A stretch of DNA of 64,000 nt from Paraspadella gotoi. Taxonomy: Eukaryota > Animalia > Chaetognatha. Under the pieces are notes generated by a model. The model did no database searches. It was not told the DNA's origin and saw only the letters and a program-made list of their open reading frames with translations. Within the stretch, counting starts at the first letter, position 1. The number at the start of each line of letters is the position of its first letter. The stretch spans positions 14,439,694 through 14,503,693 of the forward strand of contig CM119267.1 of assembly GCA_051294375.1 (NCBI GenBank), read 5' to 3'. Positions 46,397 to 57,680 of the stretch are shown here, one piece after another. The position numbers and the translations under genes were made by a program.

Positions 46397-46869
46397 ATGA
46401 CTAAATTACTTCAGTGGTTATTTTTCTTGTCGGTTTTTGCCGCAGTTTGGTTTGCCTTTTATTCACCTTTAAACGCCGTGGCTGAAGTTGACGACAACAT
46501 CAAAACTCTGGTGTTTTGGTCTCCCGTAGCTTTTGTTATCGCTTTTGGCCTCGTTTCCATCGCCATCGTCTTTTATAGGTGATTTTGACTCTTTTTCTGA
46601 GTTTCGTTTTATGGAGATAGCCCTAGAGTACAATACTTGCTTGGTATCCCAGTCGATATTATGCATAAAATTGTTAAAATGAAATTGCTCATTACATTCA
46701 AAAATATTTGTGTGGCTTTAAGTTTAACTGATTTTCTTATTGTTTTTATTTTTCATTTTGCCATATTAGAGTGGCCACATTCAACGATTGTCCAGAAGCC
46801 GCGGAAGAATTAAAACAACAAATCGAAGAAGCCCGCCTCGATCTCAAGTCCAAAGGCATCGCGTTTTAA
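46397..46869 (+). CDS. DPM3: Dolichol-phosphate mannosyltransferase subunit 3 (exons 46397-46578, 46770-46869)
   Basis: MTKLLQW, two TM segments, YR|[29 protein letters not shown]. Confidence 0.93.
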
Positions 46870-46898
46870 TTTTTCTCTACGCTCCACTTCATCTCTCA

Positions 46899-47855
46899 AT
46901 GTCCCAAACTCCACGCACGTGCACCATGAATTCTAAACGCGTTTCGTTTTTCTCGCTCAAGTATTCCTCATCATTTTCTTCGCGTCAAGTGATGATAATA
47001 AAAATCCCTTCCACTGTGGCCGTCGCCGTCGCTCTACTCAACGTTCCACCGTGGTGTCGCGATCGGCAACTCTCAGATCTATTGACTCAAAAATGCGGCA
47101 AAGTGTCATCTCTCCGTTTCGTGGGCAGAAGTGAGACCGAGTCCATCTTGGCCGGCCGATCTCCTCCCCTTCAAGATACTTCGGCCACCCCGGGCGTCGA
47201 TATGGATAGCGGCGTTAATTCGCGCCATTTCGCGCCTGAAGTCAAGTGCGAGTTCCACGACGCCATCGTCGTTTTCAAGTCTTCTGCGAGTCTCGAAAAA
47301 CTTTACGAACTGAAAGATTCCTTGGTTCTTTGCAGTGAACATACTAAATCTTTCACGGGTGAGTACTGAGTAGACTTTCACTTTCACTTTTGAGACGAGA
47401 AATTATTTCTTTGTGGCGGGGAACGCTCTCATGTTATGTAATTTATTTTTCGTTTCTTAGGAATGAAGAAATGGGTTTCTGATTACAAGTCTGAAATCGT
47501 CCGCGATTGGGACGATTTTCAGAAAGAACTCGATTCTTTTATGATCGATTACGACAAAAGGAAGGAGGAAGAAGAGGCGAGGCTGAAGGAGATCGGCGAA
47601 GAAGAGGACGATGAGGGATGGACGACCGTCACCTCAAAATCTAAGAAACCCTTCGTCCGAAACAAACTTGAGAATCAGACGCTCGCTCGGGCCAAAGCCA
47701 AGAAGGCCGCTGCCGACAAGGAACTACTCCACTTTTATAAATTCCAGCGCAAAGAACGAAAACAGGATCTAATTCAGAACTTGAGAGATAAATTCGAGGA
47801 GGACAAAAAACGTGTCGCTACCATGAAGGCCGAGAGGAAGTTTAGACCTTATTGA
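46899..47855 (+). CDS. RRP7A: Ribosomal RNA-processing protein 7 (exons 46899 or 46926-47358, 47461-47855)
   Basis: LLNVPPWC RRM-like N-terminus; EDDEGWTTVT, LLHFYKFQ, FEEDKKRVATMKAERKFRPY. Confidence 0.92.
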
Positions 47856-47977
47856 CGTTGTTTGTGTTTAGTCTATTATCACGAATTGTGAAGTTAATGA
47901 AATCCCATATACAGAAGGCTTCATATTATAAAATGAACTACTGGACCAAATTTACTAAAATATTTATATATTTCTAT

Positions 47978-48445
47978 ATTTGAACCCTGAGCAGAGATAT
48001 GGGGCACCGGAAAGGTCACCCATATGGGCAAAAAATGGACAAAATTTGTTTTATTATTTTTTCATTATTTTTGTTTTGAACAGTTGCATAGACGTTTACT
48101 CTTCCACAAAAATATTAGTTTATTAGTTTATTAGTTTACCTTAATTTTTAGCGTCATGAACCTCAACAGTTCAAACCATGCTTAATTATTGGAAATTTAT
48201 CAATTTTAGTTCTAAAATGTTTTTTTATATGTTTAAACGTCAATGCACCTCATACTAATAAAAATTTTAAACATAAACAAATTTTTTAGCTTTTTTGGCC
48301 CCCCAGGGGTCCACCCCCAGGGCCTTGTATCTCTTGTCAGGGGTTGAATATCAATTAGAACTCTAAATGTAAAATTTCATGAAATTCGATCGGCTAGTTT
48401 GGTGGGAACTGATTCTGGTTACGAAAAAGGATACCTCATTTTATA
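47978..48445. repeat. Probable transposon remnant with internal inverted segments
   Basis: tttgaaccctgagcagagata is an imperfect inverse of tatctcttgtcaggggttgaa; aaatttcatgaaattcg motif common in MITE/HINE-type repeats. Single copy in the window. Confidence 0.35.
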
Positions 48446-48841
48446 ATATGACGTTTTCTGTAGTTAACTGTCGCTTTTTTCAGTGCTCGATATAAAGCAT
48501 TTAAAATCAAAATGAAATCGATGAATTAAAGGTGGTGTTCAGAGGAAATAATTGAAGTAACAAAGTTTGTTAAATGATATTTAGGTTTAAAGTTCTAAGT
48601 GTCATTTGAATTTATTTCTTTTTAAATCGTTATTTAAAAACCCTGAAACTAAAACAAAAATTTTCACAACGTACTGTTAAATCTAAAAACCCAAGTACGA
48701 AATGAAAACAGCGCTTATTAACTTATTCACGATCTCTCGAAAAAGACTATGGACAAATTTTCTTACTTTCGTACTCATCTAAAAAATACGTTATCAAATT
48801 CCCTGAACACCACCCTTTCCTTTTACCACGAGACTTTAGTC

Positions 48842-49572
48842 ATGGAGACGGACTCGTTAAAGTGGTTAGTTTCATGGTTAGCCACCGTCTCCACGATCGG
48901 CCTTTTTCTCAGCGGCCTTTCTGTTTGTCGCAAAGTTTGGAAGCAAGGTGACACGAGAGACATTGCTGTCGCTTCCTTCATCGTCACTGCCACCAACTGT
49001 GCCTTTTGGTTAAAGTAAGAAACTATACGGTGAATTTTACATCGCGTCGGTTTAGCACTTTTAAAACTCGCTTTCCGTTCAGGTACGGGTTATTGAAATT
49101 TGATTCAACGCTGATCGTAGTCAACACTGTCGGACTCTTCTTGGAAATCGGATACCTCGCCTTTTATTATTTCTTCACCGGACTCGGTTCTCGACGTCTC
49201 CTCAACAAAACCATCCTCGCCAGTTTTGCCGCCTTCGCTTTCGTCTATGGGGCTTCCGTTTACGGCGCCGAGTCTCCGGTCCTCGCCCTCGGCTATGTCG
49301 GTTCCCTGACGGCGATGGGCGTTTACGCGTCTCCTTTGTCGGCGGTGGCTCAGGTCCTGCGTCATCGCAACACCGACTTCATGTCATTCCCGTTATGCGC
49401 CGCCGGCCTCATCGTTTCCATCGAGTGGTTCATTTATGGTACCCTCATTTCGGACCGGTTCTTGGCCCTACCCAACCTCGTCGGAGTCGCCCTAGGTCTT
49501 TTCCAAATGGCTCTTTTCATAAAATTTCCGTCGACGTCGAGGACCAAAGATTCGTCTACGTCTCTCGTTTAA
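48842..49572 (+). CDS. SLC50A1: SWEET sugar transporter (exons 48842, or 48749, to 49014; 49083-49572)
   Basis: Two MtN3/PQ-like halves: NCAFWLKYGLL, VVNTVG, YASPLS..VLRHRNTDFMSFP, WFIYG, PNLVG. Confidence 0.92.
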
Positions 49573-49898
49573 TTCTTAAGTGTGACAGAGAGGATAGGTT
49601 TTCATAGTTTTCATAGATGATAAAAACATATTCGGGGGGGAAAACAAGAGTATAAAATTCGCTTTTTCATTCCGTGAATGAAACCTTTTTTTTATCATTC
49701 ATTTCTGTAAAACCGACGCCATAACAACCGTCATTCCAAGCTGTGACTTAGTAATTAGTATTAATTTTTTGTAATTTTTTTTACTTGTTACGATACTAAT
49801 GAGACATTTAGTTATTTACAATATATCTTTTTGTACCTAACTGATACTTATTGTTGCTCAGGACTACTTAGTAAATAACAAAAACTGTTTCCTCTAAA

Positions 49899-50333
49899 AT
49901 GAGTTTTGGAATGCCTACTATCCGTCCACGGGACGATGAATCTGCACTTACCCGTTTGGATGCCGTTGAAGAAATCCACGAACCTCAGAAGGCCATGCTG
50001 ACCGGCGTCCCAGCGTCTATGAGCAAACCTCAAGGGGCTGCGCACGCGCTGGAAGCCTCCGAATCCAATTGGAACGAGCACCAGGACAAGATACGCATGA
50101 CGGTGCTGCGCAACACCCAGGGCATCCATGCTCCGTTCCGCTTGATGATGGAACGGCGCGCGGTCGCTAACGTCTGCCGCTTGCCTTGTCTGCCCTCGCA
50201 CCATTTGGCTTTGGACGTTCTTACTGGAAACGACGAGACTATCGGTTTCGAAGACGTTCTTGGCGGACCAGAAGTTGGAGAAGTTATAGGTCAACCTCAC
50301 GCCATGCTCGAAAAGCGTTTGGGACTTCTGTAA
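49899..50333 (+). CDS. POMP: Proteasome maturation protein (UMP1)
   Basis: HALEASE, LRNTQGIHAPFRLMME, LDVLTGNDETIGFEDVL, PHAMLEKRLGLL. Confidence 0.95.
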   Translation: MSFGMPTIRPRDDESALTRLDAVEEIHEPQKAMLTGVPASMSKPQGAAHALEASESNWNEHQDKIRMTVLRNTQGIHAPFRLMMERRAVANVCRLPCLPSHHLALDVLTGNDETIGFEDVLGGPEVGEVIGQPHAMLEKRLGLL

Positions 50334-50526
50334 AATAACTGAAGCGTTTGATTAATATGTCTTGGTGGTTCCCTAAGTAAATGTTTTATCTAGTAAAAAT
50401 AATTTTTTTTTTGTGCTCGTCTATATTTTCACCATTGGTTCTTTGAAAGATTTTTTTTCACCGTTTTACGTAATAAATGAGTATTGAGTAGACGTTTTTC
50501 GCTTTTTGCAGCTCTTAGTCATCGTC

Positions 50527-52488
50527 ATGCCGTCTCTTTCTTTCGATGCGCTCGAAACGATATGCCAAGAGTCCTCGCAAAATAGTTCCCTCAAAGGAAC
50601 ACAGCTGATCAACGACGCTTTCGTCGTGTCTTTAGTTCCTATCGAATCTCTAGTGGATCTTAATGTGGGCGGGGCAAGCAACAACTTTCCACGATCGGAA
50701 CGCGTTATCGCCTCGCGCCATGTCCTGCCAATGCTGTTTCATCCCCTACGGGTGGAAAACGGCGGCGAGGAGGTTGTTGAGATCGTCATGTTGGGCCAAG
50801 GTTTGGGCGACGAGGCGAGCCAACCGAATCGCGGGGTTCTCCGAGAGTTATCTCTGAACGCTGATTCTTCTTTCCGTGAAAGAATTTCGAGCTCCGGCCA
50901 ACGAACGAACCCTGAAAGTCTTGACGGCAATCCCCTTCGGGTGGAATTTATCAGCCTAAACCTTCCTACCGAAATCGCCGATTCATCTTTTCGCGGGGAT
51001 GTGTTTTTGGACGAGGGTCGGGATTGGATTAACCCTGTATCATGGACGGTAGCTCGCCAGGCTCTCTCTAGGGTCGCTCGCGTTCCCTTTGACTCTAACA
51101 ATCGTGCCGTGCGTTTGTGGATCGCCTGCGACGGGAAAGATGCAGAATCCCGTGTGCTCGCGTCCTCTTGCAAGATCAGCAAGTTTGCTTCCAACTTCAC
51201 CGAAATTTCTCACACCATTCTCTCCGCGGATAAAGCCCAAGGTCTTTTAACCGATTTTTTGGATGGCCACACGAGTCATTCCACCTCGGGATCCTCAATG
51301 TTTCCTATTGAGGTCTCTGCTCGGTATTATGTGCGCACTACTACCGATGTCGACGATCCCCCCAAAAAGAAGGCCGATAATAACGGCGCTTCCGTTGTCT
51401 CCGAGGGCAGGCAGATGGTGATCGAACCCAGCTGGACCTGGGGTGAATTGCGTGAGAGGCGCCTTCTTCAGGCTCCATCGCCGACTGAAAAACGTCTCGA
51501 ATGTAAACTTAGACTTACGATCGGAGGCTCGCCCGGCGAAATGACCGTCAAGCACGACGATCAGCAGCGGATCCTGGCCAGGCTTTACGATGATCTAATA
51601 AAACTTGAGTCCTTTTTGAAAGGCTTGACGGGGGGCGATAACCTGGTTTGGTTTCCCCGCCAATCCGACGACATAAAAAAACAATTTCGTGATCTCATGG
51701 AAATGGGGTTCGGTGAAGTCGAAAACTACGCCCAGGGAGAGAGCGATGGCATCAGGTTGGACTTAATCGCCAAAATGTGGAACGTTTTGAAGTTCTGCTC
51801 GTCGAGTCAAGAACTCCAAGAATGCCTTGACATCGCTTTGACATTCATACTTAAATCCAAATCTACCGGCTTAAGCCCCCGAGTCTTCTCGTCTTCGGCT
51901 TCTTTCTTAGCGCGACTCATGACGACCGATCTCGTTGGTCATGAGAAAAATCCGCTCTTGGGCCGAAACCCGCTTCTTATCCTGGCTGAGCTTGGCGTCG
52001 ACAAGATGCGTCAAGAGTACCGAGCGTTTGGTGCTGATCTTCTTCCCCAAATTCCTTTGGAAAAGTTGGCCGGTTTCTCCATCAATAAGTTGTCAAAGGA
52101 TCCGTATTCGTCCGAGCAATGTTTGGAGAACTTTACGCGTATCATAACTTTGCATTACCTCGTTGATTCGCTCACGCAGATCAAGACTTTCTTTCCTTCT
52201 GCCAATCTCGAGAGCTCGGCTCTCAAATCGGCGCAGGAGCTGCGGAAATCTCCGCCGACCGACATTGGCCAGTTCAAGACCGTGACTCTTGATTTGAAAA
52301 TCGGCGATGACGTCAAACCAGAGCATCTACAAAGCCCTACTTCCTGGATGGCTGTAGCGAAAAATCATCCAAAGACAGTTACATTGCACTTGAGTCAAAG
52401 CAAAGTCCTACCCATTCAAAAGATTGATGTCGCAGGTCAGGGCGATTTCTTTCTTACCAAAATCAGCTCCACAGACCACGTTTGGTGA
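50527..52488 (+). CDS. ZWILCH: Kinetochore RZZ subunit Zwilch-like (single exon)
   Basis: LWIACDGKD, LDLIAKMWNVLKFCSSSQELQECL and PLLILAELGVDKMRQEY resemble Zwilch conserved blocks; acceptor ttttgcag at 50511. Confidence 0.7.
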   Translation: MPSLSFDALETICQESSQNSSLKGTQLINDAFVVSLVPIESLVDLNVGGASNNFPRSERVIASRHVLPMLFHPLRVENGGEEVVEIVMLGQGLGDEASQPNRGVLRELSLNADSSFRERISSSGQRTNPESLDGNPLRVEFISLNLPTEIADSSFRGDVFLDEGRDWINPVSWTVARQALSRVARVPFDSNNRAVRLWIACDGKDAESRVLASSCKISKFASNFTEISHTILSADKAQGLLTDFLDGHTSHSTSGSSMFPIEVSARYYVRTTTDVDDPPKKKADNNGASVVSEGRQMVIEPSWTWGELRERRLLQAPSPTEKRLECKLRLTIGGSPGEMTVKHDDQQRILARLYDDLIKLESFLKGLTGGDNLVWFPRQSDDIKKQFRDLMEMGFGEVENYAQGESDGIRLDLIAKMWNVLKFCSSSQELQECLDIALTFILKSKSTGLSPRVFSSSASFLARLMTTDLVGHEKNPLLGRNPLLILAELGVDKMRQEYRAFGADLLPQIPLEKLAGFSINKLSKDPYSSEQCLENFTRIITLHYLVDSLTQIKTFFPSANLESSALKSAQELRKSPPTDIGQFKTVTLDLKIGDDVKPEHLQSPTSWMAVAKNHPKTVTLHLSQSKVLPIQKIDVAGQGDFFLTKISSTDHVW

Positions 52489-52614
52489 CGTTTATGATGA
52501 ACTTTTTAACGGTTTTTTTTTTCAATTATCTTTTTGTTATTTTGCCTTTACATTCGTTATGACATTTATTTGATCGAAAAATTGGACCATATTAGCATTT
52601 AGCATTTGTTAAAA

Positions 52615-53413
52615 ATGGCGGACGCTGAAGCAATGAGGGCTCAAGTCGCCGATCTTCTCCGCGGCATCGACAGATACAATCCCGAGCATCTGCCCACACT
52701 GGAAGCCTACGTCAACGCACAGGCTCAGGAGGTCACCTACGACCTCGAGGCCAATCTCACCGTTCTCAAATTGTACCAGTTTAATCCGGGCTACTACAAT
52801 CAGTACGCGATCGGGCAAATCCTTCTCAAAGCCTTGACGAATCTTCCCCACACGGACTTTGTCATGTGCAAATGCCTCATCGAACCCGGGCGGCTCGAGG
52901 GCGAGGACAACCCCCTCATTCGCATCCTCCACTACTCGGAACTGTTGGAAACGTGTCAGTTCGAAGCCTTTTGGACGGCGCTGGAGACGGAGTTAGAATT
53001 CATCGAGGAGGGCTTCGGGGTCAAGGGATTCCCCGATGAAATTAGGTGACCTGAAGATTTTTTATTTAAAAATTTGTGGAAATATTTTATTGAAGATTAC
53101 ATTATATGGGGTAAAAGTGCGCGATTTATTATGATTGTTCGTGATCTTTTTAGCTCTTTGTTTCTTTTCCAGGAAATACATTTGTCACGTGGTTAACATC
53201 ACGTACCAGAACATCGAGAAGGAAGAGCTTCGGGAATTGTTGGGCGGCGTCGACACGCCAACGCTTCACCTTTGGATCAACAATTACGGGTGGCGGGATA
53301 ACGGCGACGGTTCCCTTTTCATTCAAAATCAAGACGAAAACGTTAAAACGAAGGAGATCGTGGAGAAAATCTCTTTCGAAAACGTCGCGCCCGTTTTGGC
53401 TTCTTTAAAATGA
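52615..53413 (+). CDS. EIF3K: Eukaryotic translation initiation factor 3 subunit K (exons 52615-53045, 53173-53413)
   Basis: GIDRYNP, YDLEANLTVLKLYQFNP, LLKALTNLPHTDF, HVVNITYQ, IVEKISFENV. Confidence 0.96.
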
Positions 53414-53627
53414 AGTTAATAAAAATTCGCGAGCTTTTAAAGTTTTGGTAGCTTCCATTTCTCTTTTTTTTTTCATTAAAAGCTGACGTTTAAATTTCAA
53501 TTATTTTTTAAGTATTCTAAAAAGATTCCAATAGTTGGCCCACTTTACATACACTGAATGTAACTAATTTTTTTTCCAGGTTAAAAAAAAATTTAGTTTT
53601 ATTTTGTTCAGGTAAATAAAAAAAAAT

Positions 53628-54621
53628 ATGAGCACACTGAGACTGCAGAAAAGGCTGGCGGCCGCCGTCCTAAAATGTGGTAGGACTAAAGTTTGGATGG
53701 ATCCGAACGAGATTACCGAAATCTCGAACGCTAATTCACGACAGGTCCGAGAAAAATTGCTCAGCTCAATTGTAATCGACACTACATGCGAGCTATGAAT
53801 AATTTTTATTTACAGAATATCCGTCGTTTGATCAAAAACGGTCTCATCATCCAAAAGCCTCATGCCGTACATTCTCGCGCGCGCACGCGTAAAAACGCAC
53901 TGGCGCGTCGCAAAGGGCGCCACTCGGGCACTGGGAAACGCAAGGGAACAGCCAACGCCCGCATGCCGGTCAAGGAGCTTTGGATGAGGCGAATGCGCGT
54001 CCTGCGTCGTTTGCTCAAAAAGTATCGCGAGAACAAGAAGATCGATCGCCATCTTTACCATGAGCTATACGTCAAGAGCAAGGTTTGTCTGGGATATTAA
54101 ATAAAAGTATTACTTACCCTGTCATATTTGCGCTTCTTTTTGAACGACGCCGCCGCGAAAATGGCAGCGCCGCATCGAAATGCGCGATATAATTGCGTAG
54201 TTCCACGGTTGGCTCTTCAGTTTCCGTGTCGAGTTGAAAATCTTTGCCTCGCCACAATTAAATTCCGTGAGCTGTTTCAGGTCTATATACTATTTCGTAG
54301 TCGTAACGAACCCCGATTGTCTTCTTTCTCTCATTTTCCATCAGGGTAACGTCTTTAAAAACAAGAGGGTCTTAATGGAGTTCATTCACAAGCGAAAAGC
54401 GGAGACGCTTCGGTCCAAGCAGTTGGCCGATCAAGCGGAGGCCAGGCGTAATAAGACGAGGGAGGCCAGGAAGCGCAGGTGAGGGTTTCTGCCAGTATTG
54501 CTAACCTTTTTCTTTTAAATACCTTGTAATATTTTCTTTTTATTTCAGGGAAGAGCGCCTGGCTGCGAAGAAAGTCGAGTCCCAGAAAGTTCACGCTCGG
54601 GAAGACGAAGCGAATAAGTGA
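53628..54621 (+). CDS. RPL19: 60S ribosomal protein L19/eL19 (exons 53628-53744, 53816-54082, 54345-54478, 54549-54621)
   Basis: [59 protein letters not shown]. Confidence 0.97.
54128..54259 (+). ncRNA. Candidate box H/ACA snoRNA in RPL19 intron 2
   Basis: ~130 nt: hairpin (tgcgc...gcgcg), H box ATATAA, second hairpin (ttcagttt/gagttgaa upper stem), then ACA 15 nt below the upper stem; host is a ribosomal-protein gene. Confidence 0.65.
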
Positions 54622-54831
54622 TTCCAAAGGAAATCGGATCATCTGGCGGGAACCGAAACACGGCTTGAGCGGTCGTACGTGTGCTTATTTAGGAGAAAAT
54701 GAATTTGTTTTTAATTTCAGTTGAGAATATACCAAAAAACTTCGATAAGGTTGTAATTTGTTGTTTTCTTTAATTTGTGAATATTTTTTAAAAAATTGTT
54801 TCAGAGGATAAATAGAAAAGACAGTTATATC

Positions 54832-56584
54832 ATGAGCCTGCAGTGGACCTTAGTCGCTGGTTTCCTGTACCTGGAAATCGGTTTGGTCATATTGCTCCTT
54901 CTTCCTTTTATCTCCGCCACGAGATGGAACTCATTCTTCAAGAGTAGAGTCGTCTCCTCCTTCAAGAATTTCTCCAATCTCTACTTCAAGGCCTCCGTCG
55001 CCGTCCTTCTTCTGCTCTTCGTCGACGCGCTTCGATCTCAGCGCCACTACTCGGGTGGACCTTCCGACGAGACTGGCGCTGGATCCACTGGCGGACCGCT
55101 TGTCGAACTCCAACATCACATGAAGCTCTTCCGCGCCCAGCGGAATCTCTACATCGCCGGATTCGCTCTCTTTCTCGTTTTCGTCATTCGACGTTTGGTT
55201 GTTTTGCTGGCCAATCAGGCGACGCTCAAAGCCGAGAGCGAGGCAGCGATGAAACAGGCCAAGAGCGCTGGGGACGCGGCACAGAGGTTGTTGGACGCCG
55301 AGGTCAGTGGATTAAGCTGACGCTGTGTCATTTGTGGTTCGTGATTATTTATTAAGGCGTAGTGAAAGTTACATACGAAAATTCTAAAAGTCAATTATGA
55401 ACAACATACCATCAGTGAACATTAATTTGTAAAAAAAATAAATTTTATGTTTTTTAATTTTCGCAGTAGGCTATATTTATATATAGTATTATCCTTATAA
55501 AATCGAAAAATTTCAAAATTTTGATTGCAGATTTAAATTCCTCGTCAAAAGTTGATAAAAGAAAATATAAATCATTTTTAAAAATTCTTTCATTAAGTAG
55601 GTTAAAAATTAAAAAAACTATATTTAATATATAAAATGTTAATTTTCAGCTTAAAGTATAGCTTTTTCTAATTTTTGACCCACTTAATGAAGGAATTTTT
55701 CAAAAAGAATTATATTTCTTTTTATCAACTTTTTATGACGAATCCAAATCTGCAAAAAAATCTTCGAAAAAACTGTTTTGAAATTTTAACATTTATTGGT
55801 TTAGTACTAGTATAAATATGGCCTACTGCGTAAATTGTAAAATTTATTATAAATTTTTTTATTATATAAATGTTCATTAATATAATGTTGTTCGTTCCTC
55901 ACTTTTAGAATTTTAATTCAATTAATAAATATTAAGTATTAAATTGGGGAATACTTTATTGTACTCCACACTCGCATCATAATACAAGGAGCTGAATTTT
56001 ATGAAATTGGTACAACCAATAAAAAAATTATCCATTCATTTAATAAATAAGCTATCTTGCCCCTGACTTTGGACAGGCTTGTCAGGAACAAACTTTGGTG
56101 GTTTAAGACCTCCATCACTCTTACAAGATAATAACATAGCAGGTCCCTGCAAGCTTTTATTCAAGACTCTCTCACAGTATCGTTTATTCACTCCCAGAGT
56201 ACCTGGCTTCCCTATCAATGAAGTGGTATAATGTTTCAAAGAATGTTTCAATTGTATTCAAAATATATTAGAATAATCCGCCTCCGAGCGAGGACAGCGA
56301 GCTTACCAAAAACCTGCGTTTGCGTTTGGTTGAGACGACTGGAGAACATGAAAAAGCTCAAGAAAGAGTTGGCGAGTTACAAGAGCAGGTGGGTACTGGT
56401 TAATATTTTTTAAGTCCTAAATTAGGTTTTATTAATCCTCATTTAATCCGTAATAATGCATTAATCTCAGCTGGACGCGTTGAAGCGGCAAGCAGAATCC
56501 ACGTCAGAGGAATACGATCGCCTTCTTCTTGAGCACACGAAGCTAAACAAACGTCTCAGCATTTCTGGCAAAAAAGACGATTGA
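54832..56584 (+). CDS. BCAP31: B-cell receptor-associated protein 31/29 (exons 54832-55302, 56272-56388, 56471-56584)
   Basis: MSLQWTLVAGFLYLE, HMKLFRAQRNLYIAGF, LKRQAESTSEEYDRLL, C-terminal KKDD ER-retrieval motif. Confidence 0.94.
55378..55913. mobile_element. Long imperfect palindrome (foldback MITE) in BCAP31 intron 1
   Basis: Nested inverted blocks aaaattctaaaagt/acttttagaatttt, cgcagtaggc/gcctactgcg, gcagattt/aaatctgc, aaaagttgataaaa/ttttatcaactttt, cattaagt/acttaatg. Confidence 0.75.
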
Positions 56585-56707
56585 TTAAATTGAAACTAAG
56601 ACAATATCCTAGTCCTTTCTCAGCGGGGCCGCAGTACTTTTCTCATATTTTTATCGTGCCTTCATTTATGAATCCGCGTTTTCGTTTTAATCAGAATTTT
56701 TGCCACA

Positions 56708-57592
56708 ATGTCATCCAGAGAGTCGTTCTCTCACTACGCCAGAACTCTCTCTTACGAGGAGATTAATGCTCTCAGAAGTCAGGATTCGAGTATCATTTCC
56801 GACTTCAAAAAAAACAAACTGGAGAGAGAGGCAACGAAAAATTGGGACTTATTCTACAAGCGGAACAAAACCAACTTTTTCAAGGATCGTCACTGGACGT
56901 TGAGAGAATTCGCGGATTTCGCCGCCGAGGCGCCGCAAGGTCGTAAAAGGATACTTCTTGAAGTTGGTTGTGGGGTTGGAAATTTCTTCTTCCCTCTCCT
57001 CGAGGAGGTTAAAGATTTGTTCGTTTACGCCTGTGACTTCAGTCCCAGAGCCATTGATTTCGTCTCACAAAATCCGCTCTACGATGAGCAGCGATGTAAG
57101 GTATATTTACGATTTTCGTTGGTTCGATAACGAGAGGAGATTACCGTTGTAGCTCTTTTTAATTCGAAATAGGCTTTTGTCTGCGACATGACTGTGGCCA
57201 GGTCCTTGGACGAATTCATTCAACCCGCCTCGGTTGATATCGTTTCGGCGATTTTTGTTTTGTCTGCCGTCGATCCCCGGAAGCATTCTCAGTTCATCGC
57301 CAACGCAAGGGACTCGCTCAAGCCGGGCGGCATTGTATTTTTTAGGGATTATGGCCTTTTCGACCAAGCACAGCTACGGTTCTCGCGTGGCCACAAAATA
57401 GAGGAAAACTTTTACGCGCGCCAGGACGGAACGAGGGCTTACTATTTTGAAGAAACCAGACTCAAATCGTTGTTTGAAGACGCCGGATTCGAAACTAGCG
57501 AATGTCGTTATGTGCAGCGACAAACTGTGAACAAAAAAGAAGATTTGACTGTACCAAGAATATTTGTACAAGGTCGATTCGTAAAGAAATGA
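56708..57592 (+). CDS. METTL6: tRNA N3-methylcytidine methyltransferase (exons 56708-57100, 57173-57592)
   Basis: KNWDLFYKRNKTNFFKDRHWT, LLEVGCGVGN, YACDFSPRA, FRDYG, YARQDGTRAYYF. Confidence 0.94.
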
Positions 57593-57680
57593 AATTGATA
57601 GGGTATTTCAATTTGGATTCTTGTATGTCGCGTTTTTCTCCCGAAATTCTGCCTTTCAGTTTCTCATTCTAACGATTAGT

